Below are positions 38,420 through 49,868 of a stretch of DNA of 64,000 nucleotides, one piece after another. The translations under genes were made by a program, and so were the position numbers. The DNA is from Lama glama (lineage: Eukaryota). The stretch is taken from the NCBI GenBank assembly GCA_028534125.1, contig CM052816.1:15192001-15256000 (forward strand), in the 5' to 3' direction. The stretch's first letter is position 1; the number at the start of each line of letters is the position of its first letter. Below the pieces are notes generated by a model that did not search any database, had not been told where the DNA came from, and worked only from the letters and a program-made list of their open reading frames with translations.

Positions 38420-39590
38420 AACATTATTCAGCCATAAAAAGGAAAGAAGTACTGACCATGCTACAACATGGATGAACCTTGAAAAACACTGAAAGAAGCC
38501 AGTCACAAAAAGAACACATACTGTGTGAATCCATTTATATGAAATATTCAGAATAGGCAAATCTATAGAAACAGAAAATAGATTAGTGGTTGTTTAAAGG
38601 TCAGAATGAGGGTGGGATAAGGGAGGTTGTAGTAAAGGATACTACGTTTCTTTATAAAGTGATGGAAATGCAAACAATAAATGCTGGAGGGAGTGTGGAG
38701 AATAAGCAACCCTCCTAACTATTCGTGGGAATGTAGTTTGGTATAGCCACTATGGAAAACAGTATGAAGATTCCTTAAAAAACTAAAATTAGGCTTATTA
38801 TATGACCCAACAATCCCACTCCTGGACATACATCCAGAGGAAACTCTAATTTGAAAAGGTACATGTTCATAGCAGCACGATTTACAATAGCCAAGACATG
38901 GAAGCAACCTAAACGTCCATCAACAGATGACTGGACAAAGAAGTTGTGGTGTACATACACAATGGAATATTACTCAGCCATAAAAAGAATGAAATAATGC
39001 TATTTGCATCAACATGAATCAACCTAGAGATTATCATACCAAGTGAAGTAAGCAAGAAAGAGAAAAAATAATACCATATGATATCACTTATATGTGGAAT
39101 TTTTTTAAAATGACACAAAAGAACTTATTTACAAAACAGAAACAGTCTCAGACATAGAAAACAAATTTATGGTTACCAGAGGGGAAAGGGGATGGGGAGG
39201 GATAAATTGAGAGTTCGAGATTTTCAGATACTAACAACTATATGTAAAATAAATAAACAGCAAGGTCCTACTGTATAGCAAAGGAAACTATTTTCAGTAT
39301 CTGGTAGTAACCTACTAATGAAAAAGAATATGAAAAGGAATATATATATACACACATATATATTACTGAATCACTATGCTGTACACCAGAAACAAACACA
39401 ACATTGTAAATCAACTATACTTCAATTAAAAAATAAAAAGAAAAAAATAAAAATAAAGTGATGGAAATGTTCTAAAATTAACCATGGTGATACTTACACA
39501 TTTTTACAAAGTTACTAAAAACTACTGAAACAAACTTTAAATGGGTTAATTGTATGGTATATGAATTATATCTCAATAAAGCTGTCATTT
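38420..39590 (+). mobile_element. Old L1 3' end with a nested younger L1 (38671-39452)
   Basis: The inner element is flanked by a 17-bp TSD ataaagtgatggaaatg (38654-38670, 39453-39469) and ends in caactatacttcaatt plus polyA. Confidence 0.8.
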
Positions 39591-39954
39591 TTAAAAGCGT
39601 GATTTTCTTTTATAAATATATACTGAAATAGCTATGATTAAAATGTAAGGTGTCTGGGATTTACTTTAAAAGAATCCGCTAAGGGTGGAGAGGGGAACAG
39701 AAGAAATAAGACTGACTGTAAGTTGATAATTGCTGAAGCTGACTGCTTGGAGATTCATTAAATTACTCTCTCCACAGTTATATTTGTTTGACATTTTTCA
39801 TAAGAGGAAAAAAGAAAAATCCCATGCAATGTTCTGACTTACTCAGAAAAGGGGACTGTCACCTCCTTTGATAAATTATTATTTAGAGGCCCCACCCAGA
39901 GCCCTCAGCTCAAGGAGATGAATTATTGAGGGGAATTTGAGCAGCACAGTAGCC

Positions 39955-42900
39955 ATGGAGTGCGGAGAGGTGGTGAGCACAGGGGCTGGTTGGGGCCAGG
40001 ACAGCTCAGCCCCCTCAGGCCTCACTGACAACCCCCAGGCCAGGCTGATCGTGGTGGTGGAAGTAGATCAAGGGAGAAGATCGGGTGAGAAGTCCCCACC
40101 CAGTCATTCAGAGGCAGTACAGCCTGGGAGAGCCTCTTGGGAGAGGGGAAGGGTGAGGCCATTTCATGTGAGGAACTGAGGCAAAGGTTGAGGGCAGGAC
40201 TCATGAGTCCTGGGACTTCGGTTTCCCCCAGAAGAGTTGATATGAAGTCCACCTTTCTCAGGACCTGAGGAGACCTGTTGCCGCACACTCCTCCTGGAGG
40301 GGCCTCAGAGCATCTGCCTGCTTCAGCGTGGGACTCAGGTAGAGATGGGATGGGAAGGGATGAGAAGTGGGTGAAGGCAGGGGGAGGTGGGAGTGACACT
40401 GTTTCCTGTCCACAGGAACAATGCATCACTTTTGACAGAGTCCTGGGTTCTGACGCTGCTCAGGTAGGGGGTCTGATAGGGCGATGGGAGGAGGGTGGGT
40501 GCTGGGTGCTTCCTGAGCCCTTTCCTCAGCGCAGGCTGAGTCAGGGCACCTGAAACAGGGGGCTGTGCCTGTGTCTCCCTGCAGGAGGCAGAGCAGGAGC
40601 TGCTAGTCCGAGCCCAGTCGACGCTGGGCTGGGTGGGCCGAGGGTACAGTGTGGCCCTGCTGCTTCGGGGTCGGGAAACAGAGGCACCACGGCTCGTGCC
40701 TCAGGTGAGTCCCAGATGAGGCACCAGGCACAGCTGTCATGAGGCTCAGGTGTTGCCTCCTTTCCAGGAGACCTTCCGATACTTTCCCCTCCCCACCCTG
40801 GCTGGACTAGGTGCCCCTTCTTGGGGTTCCTACAGCATCCTGTGGTTTTGCCATAGTCAATCTACGAGCTATTGAGAGATCAGGGAAAGTAGGAGGCTGG
40901 GGTCCATGAGGTCAGGGAGGGGTGGTGTGCAAAGATCAAATATCCAGGGAGGTGTAATTCTCACTGTTCTTAGTAATACTAATAATGACAACATACTTGA
41001 AAGTTTTGTTTTTGGGCTACATGAAAATGCCCCCAAACTAAAATAGTTGCCTCAGAAACTTGTTGTAGGTCCCTGCCTGGGCCAACAGCAAGTCCCACTG
41101 AAAACATCTGCTCACTTGTCTGGCTCGCTGTGAACCAAGAGGGCTGGGGCTATTTCTGTCCTGGCCACCATGGCCATAGCACCCAGCACACGGCCAGGCA
41201 CAGACTTCAGCCTCAGGAAATGAGGAAGAACAGATTAATCCTTTCTCAATTCCCACTGAACCCCTTTCTCCACTTTAGCTGCTGCAGATGCTGTTTGAGG
41301 AAGCTCTGCCCCTCAGGGGGTCTGATGCTGTGCTTAGTACTCTTAGCCTGGTGCAGGTGAGGCCCTGGGGGAGGGGACACCTGGGGAGCCGAGGCCATAG
41401 TGATGCTGCAAAAGAGCCTGAGGCTTGCGGGCAGCCTGAAGAGAGTGGGTCTAGCCCCACTCTGCTGCTCATCAGCATCGGCTTGCCCTGCTGGGGTCTC
41501 CTTTTTCCTGCCTGAAATGGCTGAATTTTGGTGCCCTGCTTGGCCCACAGGGGCCCAGTGGGAGGATCATGTGAACCAAAGGTTGAGAAAGGTTCAGATT
41601 GTAACAGATGTTGTGCTTGTGTGATCTCAGCTCAGCCCCAGTGGGAGGATCCAGGACCTGCTTGCTCCAGGAGCAGAGAACCTGTCGGTGCTGGATGTGG
41701 CCCCTCTGGGCTTGTGAGTGTCCAGAGCCCAAAGGCGTCTGAGGGTGCTTGTCTTAAGGCAGGGCTGACACCCCCAAACCAAGCCATCAGGCTTCTCCCC
41801 ATTGCCACCCCAGAGGAGTTCTGAGCATGGGGTCATGCTTACAGGGCCTGGGTGTGCTCCCAGGACTCCCTCTCTCCATTTTCCTTTCATCCTCATGTCT
41901 CATCCCTCTCCTTCTTCTCACCCCACCCACGTACACCTTTTCAACTTAGTCATTACCATCCTGGGTGATTTGAGCATCTCACTAAGCAGAACTTCGGCTT
42001 CTTTATCTGTAAAATGGGAGCAATCTCAACTACCCTATTTCCCTCCTAGGGCAAATGATAGGAGAAAATAAAAAAGATCATGAACATGAGAGGCTTTTAG
42101 GGGATATACTGAGCTTGGAGACTTGGGGGTGATTCTTATATGCTCTTGGGACTCCCATGGGCTCCCCATGCAGAGATTCTGGGGGGGCTGGACAGAACCC
42201 TCGTGCTTAGGAGCTCAGCCTCCTCTTCCTCCAGGGTGGTGGTAAATGCCACTGAAGTGGAAGTATCTGACTCAAGAGCTGCCTCAGAGCTGTACTTGCA
42301 GGCTGCAGGTGGTGAAGGCAGGTAAGGACAGGAGGGCACCTGTCACCTCAACCCACTCCCTAGCCATTTGGCTTGATCCTATGCTCTCCTCTACAGGGCC
42401 TGCTCTCTGCTCACCATCACCATGTCCTGCCCAGGGCCTGACCCTCCTGAGAGGCCTGGTACCCAGGGCATGTGGCAAGGAGCCTTGCGGATCCTGCAGC
42501 TCCCAGGAGTCCTGTAAGTCTGATGGAGACTTTTAACAGCTTTGGGGAAGGGTGGGGATGACTGAAATATGGATGTAGAGGCCCTAGGAAGCATCAGAGT
42601 TTCCTTTTCTCTGACATACTGAAGGATTTGCTCCCTTTGCTCATTTCTTGCAATGAACTCCCTCAGCTTTTCTGTAACTCCTATAGTTTTGAGGGATAGT
42701 ATTGTCAGATCCTAGTTGACAGTTTCTTTTCTTTGAGCACTTTAACTATATTATCTCACTGCCTTCTGGCCTCCACCATTTTTGATGAGAAATTGTTTTT
42801 TAATCTTATTAAAGATCTCTTGTACAAAACAAGTTGCTTCTCTTTTGTTTTCAAGATTCTCTCTTTGACTTTGGCTTTTAATAATTTGATTATAATCTGT

Positions 42901-45900
42901 CTTGGTGTGAATCTCTTTGAGTTTATCCTCCTCGGAATTTGTTGAGCTTCTTAGATGTGTAGATTCATGTTTTTCATAAATTTGGGGGAATTTTTGAACA
43001 TTATTTCTTCAAATATTCTTCTCCATCCACCAGTGGACATCTCCTTTCTTCTTCCCTCCCTCCCTCTGGCAGAGACTGTCCCCTGTTGCAGGTGTTGGCT
43101 GGTGAGGTTGTTGGTGAGGAGGTGGAGGGCTCTCTGCCCTGGATTGTCTCATGGCTCCTGGAAGGAAACAACTACAGTGGCCTTCTTCTTCGCCTGGACA
43201 CTCAAGGTGGCCTGGGGGAAGGTGCGGGGTTCTTTGGGAAGCTCTGGGATCTGGCCTTCGGCCCCCGCCACCTCTCACCCAACCAGCTGCAGCCCCCACC
43301 CTAGCCAGCCCAGAGAGTCTCATCCATCTGGGAGGGCCAGGATTAGAAAGGTCCCAGGGTTGCCAGGCTGCCGAAGTCTGGAGAAGCAAGGACAATAGCA
43401 AAAGCAAACTCTCACCCTTCCAGAGGCCTTCAACAGTTTACCAAGCATTTTTACACTAATGAATACCTTTGATTATCACAACCCCATGAGACAGATTGAA
43501 TTTACAGGTGAGGGAAGGGAGGCAGGCTTAATTTATAGATGAGGAAAGCGAGGATCAGAGAAGAGAAGGTACTTGCCGATTTTCACACACCCATTAAAAG
43601 ATCAAGCCTCTGTGAAATGATATGACATCAGAGATTTGGAGGTCAAGCAGAGGGTAGAGATCAAACAAGAATGTCCATGAATTGATAATTGTTGAAGCTG
43701 GGTAATAAGTAGATGGATTTCCTATACTATGTATATGTTTGAAGTTTTCCATTAATAAAAGAGAAAAAAAGGTCTGGCCCTCTGTCTTCAAAATCAACAG
43801 ATACACATTCATTTAGCCAACATTTTTTCTGACCTCACCCTGTGCCAGGCACTGCGGAATGAGGAAATAAGCTGGGGCAGTTCATATTCTTAAGGACAAA
43901 GCAGGGAGGGAAAGAAGTATATTTATGTCCAGGCCAGTTTGGGATAACAATCAAGGGTAGAGGTTTTAATGTCTGACCAATATGGGCTTGAGTTTCAGCT
44001 GTGCCACTCACCAGGAAGTTGCTTGACCTCTCTGAGCTTCAGTTTCCTCACTTAGAAAATGCTGGGGGAGGCAGGGTAAATCAGAGCTGCTGCCTCATTG
44101 GAGTGTTGTCTGGATAAGAAGAGGCAATTCATGAAAAGCCTGAGCATAGTACCATCAACCACGTGTAAAAGCCTGCTAAGTGTTAGCTATTTTCATGAAT
44201 AGTCCTATTAATACAAATTAAAAATATTATAGGCAGTGTGCTTTGGAGTTCAGAGGAAGGAGTGATTCACTCTGTGTCTCCTCTTACTAGGCAGTTCCCA
44301 GAGCTTGCTCCAGGCTGCACTGCTGGGGGCCGCGAGAAGGAGGATGAAGGTGAAACAGGTGAGGCCCACCCTGTGGGATGCAGTAGAAGAGGCCCGGGCC
44401 CGCCGGGCTGGCCTGAAGAGCCTGCGTTCAGGCCTCCTTGGGGACACTCTGACAGAGACTGGGCTCAGCCAGCTGGGCAGGGCACTGCAGGAGCTGCAGG
44501 TGAGCAAGGTGAGGCCTGAAGGTGCCTGGGCCAGCAATGGCTGCAGCCCACCCTGAACCCTCTCTCCACAGGTGGTAAAAGCCTGGAGCCAGCGCTTGGG
44601 AAGCTGGATGCTCAAAGAGGTCAAAGCTGAGGCTGCAGGACTCTCAGAACCATGGGTATGTCTTCTCATCCAACCTCTCTGGAGTCTCATTGATGTCTGC
44701 CTTCTTCCCTTCTGTTCACAGAGCACTGTGAGGGGGCCCTTCCTTCATTTATTAATTTATTGATTCCAAAACATTTACTGACCACTCACTATGTGCAGGG
44801 CACAGTGTCATGTGGGGGCTGGGAAATCCCTATCCAATTGGAGTTTACTAACCTCTGGAGAAAAACATTTAACACCATGATCGGTGCTCTGAAGGCCTTA
44901 TTTGAAGGGTTCTATGGGGGCATCTAAGTTAGTCTTGGCATGAGAGGGAAGGAAGACTACATGGATGAAGTTGATCATCTAGCAAAGATGAATGAAGAAC
45001 ATTCTAGGCAGAGAAAATAACAGGCAAAGTCTCAGAGGTAAGCGAATGTTTGATCTCTTTACAAGACTGCAAGCAGCTCAGTTTGCTGGAGAATAGAGTT
45101 TAAGGAAGAGAGCCAAGAGTGAAGGATTGGAGAGTGAAGCACGGGCCTGGTCATACAGGGCTTTGTCAATCTGTTGAGATGTTTGAACTTTGTCTCAAAG
45201 GTCAAGGGGAAGCCATAGAATTCTTTTAAACAGGGAAGACAACATTGCTCCTGCTTTTCAGGTGAGCAAACTGAAGTTCAGAGAAGCGATCCGAGTGTCC
45301 TGGGATAATTAAAGGCAGCAGAGGTGCAAACACATCCAAATCCAGACTCAGTGCGGAGCTTTCATCCCCTTAGGATGCGTGGCTTCTCTTGTGCAGAAGG
45401 GGGCGCTGTCCTCCATGATTTGGCACAAGGTGGCTGGAAGGTTGCCCTGTCCAGCTTATTCTTGTCCTTCCCTTTTCATAATTACTCATAACTTCTTTTT
45501 ACAGACCTGGGCCTTGGGAATTAGGCCTGTAAACTCCCATTTACAGCTGGCCAGTGCTTAGTACTTTGGGTGCCTTATCTCATTTCATGCTCTCCACGAC
45601 TTTTATCCAGCTCCATTTTATGGATGAGAAAATGGAGACTCAAAAGACTAGCCAACTGCTGGAGGTCATACAGCTAAGAAAAGGAGGGTGGGGACACTGA
45701 TCTGTCTGATTTCAAAATCCATGCTGTTCTGGGAGGAAAGGTATGGAATTCTCACTCATGTTTTCTCAGCAGGTGATAGATTCAACAGCAAGCCACAGCC
45801 CAGGCCTCCAGGAGGAGCCTCAAGGTGAGTGTGGGGGTTGCAGTGAAGCTGGGGGTCTTCTCCACCTTTGGTGTGCTTAACTGCAGTTTCCTCCAGTGGC

Positions 45901-46192
45901 AGGAAGAACAGCATCTATAGAATCTGGGCTCCACGAAAAGCATCCTCCTAGGGGCTCTGAGGAACAGGTACCATCTTGTGTACTCCCTAACAACTGGAAG
46001 CTGTTGGGGGAGTGAAGAGTCACAGAGCCCAGATAATGTTTCCTGTTTACGCTGCCCTAACATCAGGGAGAAATACTGAGCTTCTGGCAAAAAGGGATCA
46101 GAAGGGCTACTAAGAGGGGGAGGGTATAGCTCAGTGGTAGAGTGTGTGTTTTGCATGCCTGAAGTCCTGGGTTCAATCCTCAGTACCTCCAT

Positions 46193-46241
<49 letters not shown>

Positions 46242-47958
46242 ACCCACCTAATTACTACCCCCCTAAAAATTAAAAAAAAGAAAAGGACTACTAAGGGCAG
46301 GGCATGGGAAAGGGCTGTTTTCCTACTGGGTTGGGTAAGAGGTATGGGACCCCTAGGGCCTCCATGGTTCCCACTGGCAGAGTCAATACTTGTCTTCCCC
46401 CATGGCCTCTGAGCCTCTGTCCAGGCCACAAGCTCTTCCAGGCCAGTTAGTCTTCTGGAAGTAATTCTAGGAGCAGCCCTGTTAATGGACTTCTGGTGGA
46501 AAAGTTGGGCCCTGTGTCCCAAGGCAATGTGCTCACATGGGCTTCTGGCTGAGCCCAGACTGATGCCCCCTAGGCCCAGCAGGCCCCGGATGTGGCCCTG
46601 CAGTTCTTCCTGGCTCAGGCCCGGAGGCAGAGACTGCGAGAACAGCATGAAATCTGGATCCAAGAGGAAATGAAGCATTTGGAACAGGAAAAGGAGGAAG
46701 TGGCAGGTGACCAGGTCAAAGGCCTGGGGGCTAGAGAAGAGGTAAGGACGGTGGATGGGACTTGAGGCTCATTCTAATCTGGCCAGGCAATGTGCTAGGG
46801 GCCAGGGTCTTGTGTCAAGTTGGGCCCTACCCTCTCCCTGGCCCTCCCAGGTTTGTGGGGGATAGACAACGCAGTGCTAAGTGCTGTGGCGGGGGACTAG
46901 TGGCTCATGGCAACAAAGAAGTGCACCTGACCCATGCTGGAGTGGATCAGAGATGGCATCTAAGCTGAGACTTAAAGGACAAACAAATCAGCCAGAACAA
47001 TTCATTAGACCATGAGCTCCACATGGTCAAGTTGTCCTCATCACATACAGGCACTCAGTAAATACAACTTGTTTAAACAATAAAACTTGTGTGCACAGAG
47101 GTGGCGGGGAGGAGGGAGACATGTTTCTAAGAGAAGAGAATTCCGTATGAGCAAAGGTCCAAAGGGAAGCAGTGGCAATACAGGTTCTGGGTACTGCGTA
47201 TTGCCTATGTGGCTGGAGGCTGGCAGGTGCGTAGTTGGAGCAAGGCTAAAGAGACAGTGTGTGCCTCTGGATTTGGACTTTACCCCAAGGGTGACAGTAA
47301 ACTGTTGAAAGGCATATGTCATCTGAGTTCTGTCCCTCACTAGCCACGTGAATTTGATCGTTAGGTCACCTATCTGATCCACTGTTTCCAAGTCAGTAAA
47401 ATGTCAACTACCTCAAGGTTGTCATTGGATAAAATGAGATAATAACATAAAGTATGTAGAACAGAGCCTGGCACACAGGTGGTAATCAACAAAGAGGATG
47501 TATTATCACTGAAGCCCTCCAAGGAGAGGCACAGATGGCACTGGGAGCAGGCAGCACTGAGACTCCAGCTGGAGGCCCTTCAGGCAGAACGGGATGCTGC
47601 GGAGCAGGACCTGGTAGCGCTCTATGACCTGCACGTGCAGGCTGCCCGAGCCCGGACATGCCATGAGCTGCAGGTTAGTGTGGACAGAGGGCAGGCCTTG
47701 GGCTGGTTCCAAGACTGGTTGACTGATGGGCATCTCTGACTCTGGGCACAGGTATTCCGAGCCTGGCGGGGACTGTGGGAGGAACGGGCTGTGACCACAG
47801 AGCATCACTACCGCAGCTTGCTGGCTGGAGTCCTGCAAGACACCATCAGCCTGGCTACACAGAACCAGGAGCTCCAAGCCCAGAACCAACAACTTTGGCA
47901 GACTAGGCTGGAAGCAGTCATACTGGATTCCAGCCTTGAGGAGAAACCTGGTAATTAG
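39955..47958 (+). CDS. Uncharacterised degenerate kinesin-motor-like plus coiled-coil protein, about 16 exons, about 607 aa (possible ortholog of mouse E230025N22Rik)
   Basis: Proposed exons 39955-40084, 40262-40338, 40416-40463, 40585-40704, 41279-41356, 41631-41713, 42235-42321, 42397-42513, 43073-43206, 44291-44499, 44572-44655, 45773-45824, 45897-45967, 46574-46741, ~47515-47673, 47752-47958. All introns are GT-AG, phases match, there is no internal stop, and the start has Kozak context gccATGg. Kinesin-like segments: RLIVVVEV, ITFDRVLGSDAAQ, GYSVALLLRG, IQDLL, ATEVEVSD, LLTITM, LLEGNN. Confidence 0.8.
46116..46283 (+). mobile_element. tRNA-derived SINE (Vic-1-like) with (TAAA)n, intronic
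   Basis: gggggagggtatagctcagtggtagag...gtcctgggttcaatcc, with imperfect TSD gg(g/a)ctactaag. Confidence 0.85.
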
Positions 47959-48290
47959 GAATCCTTCAGGGGCAGTTTCCTCTTTCTTAAAGATCTTAGA
48001 AGGGAGAGGAAGTTGGGACACAACAGCCAAGCTAACCTTCATTATGGATTAATAACACCACCACTAACCAGGTCTCACTGTACCAGTCCTTGCTAAGCGC
48101 CTGATATCCAATAATTGATTTAGCCTTTTCTACTACCCTACATAGTAGTAGGTATCATATGACCCCCATTTCAGAGATAATGCAACTAAAGCTAGGAGAG
48201 GTTGTGTAACTGTCCAAGGACAGTCAGCCAATAAGTGATGGAGCCAGAATTCAAACTCAAGCCTGGCTGGCTATTGTTCTACACTGTAGA

Positions 48291-48480
48291 CAGTAGTGGT
48301 CCACAGGTTGCAGCGCACATCAGAATCACCTAGGGAGCTTATTGGAAAAAAAGAAAGAAAAAGAAAAGAAAAAGAAGAAAGAAAAAGTGAAGAAAAGAAA
48401 GAAAAAAAAAAGGAGAAAGAAAAAGAAAAAAAAAGATTCTCAAACCCCACTTCCTAAGATTCTGCTTCAATAGACCTTGT
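48291..48480. mobile_element. MER5-like hAT DNA transposon fragment with an internal A/G-rich tract
   Basis: cagtagtggt...cacatcagaatcacctagggagctt...agattctgcttcaatag resembles the recalled MER5A consensus. Confidence 0.5.
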
Positions 48481-48946
48481 TTTTTGTTTTCTTTTTTCTT
48501 TACCAGCTTACCAGGTATTCTACCATGGGAGCAGGGCCAGATACTTCTCTGGCCATGAGAAGAGATAGCAGGTAGGGGTATCAGTGAGGGAACCAGAGAT
48601 GAGAATCAAAATCACCTTCCTTTAGAGTTCTCTAGCCTACAGTCTACAGTTTGCCTTGCTGGGCCCAGCACCTTCTATTCCCACAGCTCCCTCCAGGGCC
48701 CAAGTTTTGTGCTTCAGAGAAAGTCCCAAAATTCTGTGACAGAGTTTCAGCGCCATGGAGTTCTCAGAGGAAATAATGCTGCTGGCAAGAGCTGGGAGAA
48801 AACAGATTTTTTCTCGGTCTATGAGTCACCCCAGGATTAAGATACTCAGGGCATCAGAGGAAGGAAATTATGCTTGAGAGGAGATACACAACAGAGAAGA
48901 CACAGGACAATCAGGGCTGATTGTAGGAAACTACACCCCAGAACAC

Positions 48947-48952
48947 TTTATT
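48947..48952 (-). terminator. SLC35A4 polyA signal AATAAA
   Basis: tttatt on the plus strand, about 900 nt downstream of the SLC35A4 stop. Confidence 0.65.
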
Positions 48953-49868
48953 AAGACCTTATTGCTTACGCATTAGACACTGATTGAGCTGTACAAGTTT
49001 CCCTGTGCCTGGTCCCAGTTCGCTCTGTGTATAGCTTTCCCCAGGCTGTTGAGAGCTGGAACGCTGCTAGGAAAGGGCAGGACCCAGAGTGGGAAGAATG
49101 GTACCTCCTAGGAGCAGTAGAGGGTGCAGTGGGCTTTGAGAGGGCCCTTGGGGTGAACAGAGAGGTCAGGAGTATAGGCTTAAACCAGGGCCCAGGGGCA
49201 ACATTCCCTGAGATGAGTCAAGCCCCAGTCCTCTCTGAGGTTTCCAGAACAAGGGCTGGGTGTGGAGAGAGCAGGGGGCATTGTCTCCAGGCGCTACTGG
49301 AGCTAGGGGAGCATGGCAGAGTGGCCTGGGTAATGGGGTTATGATGTGTGGTAACTGGGCTTTCCTGCATGACAGTCGGCAGGGGGCGAGGGGTATCCAT
49401 TATGGGTGAGTCATGTACCAAGGCTGGGCTGGAGCAGCCAGCACCAGGCCTGGGGGCAGTGGGTCGGTGGGGGTGACCACAGTAGGCAAGGAAGGTCAAC
49501 TGCTGCCCACGCCCCACTTTAAGCGACTGCATTCATGCAGGATGAGGCAGGGGGCCTCCTCCATTCCCATCAGGAATGGTATCTTTTCTCAGGCCTGTGT
49601 ACTGATGCTCTCCTAATTTCTTAGCCCGCAAGAACTCGGGGAAGGGTGGGTTAAGAGTTTCCTTAACCAAATCCAGCCTTCGAATCTCCCATGGATAACT
49701 CTTCATCCACCCAGCTCAGAGACTAACGTGGCTGCTCTCACTGACCCAGCTTTTCTCACAAGGCACTTGTTTCAGGGCTGCCAAAGGGAAGGAGGGAGGA
49801 TTAGGAGGTGGCTCTGATGGTGGCACCCAACCTACAGGTCAAGACCCAGGGTGGGGTTAGGTCAGGGG

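Noticed and set aside
39955..40152. Alternative longer exon 1 for the kinesin-like gene (donor at 40152, phase 0)
   Set aside because: It is frame-compatible, but the 40084 donor plus exon 40262-40338 gives a better kinesin-like beta1-to-FDRV spacing and a good acceptor. Kept only as a possible isoform.
45782..46678. 298-aa minus-strand ORF
   Set aside because: Antisense to exons of the kinesin-like gene, and reads through a SINE and its (TTTA)n tract (YLFI repeats).
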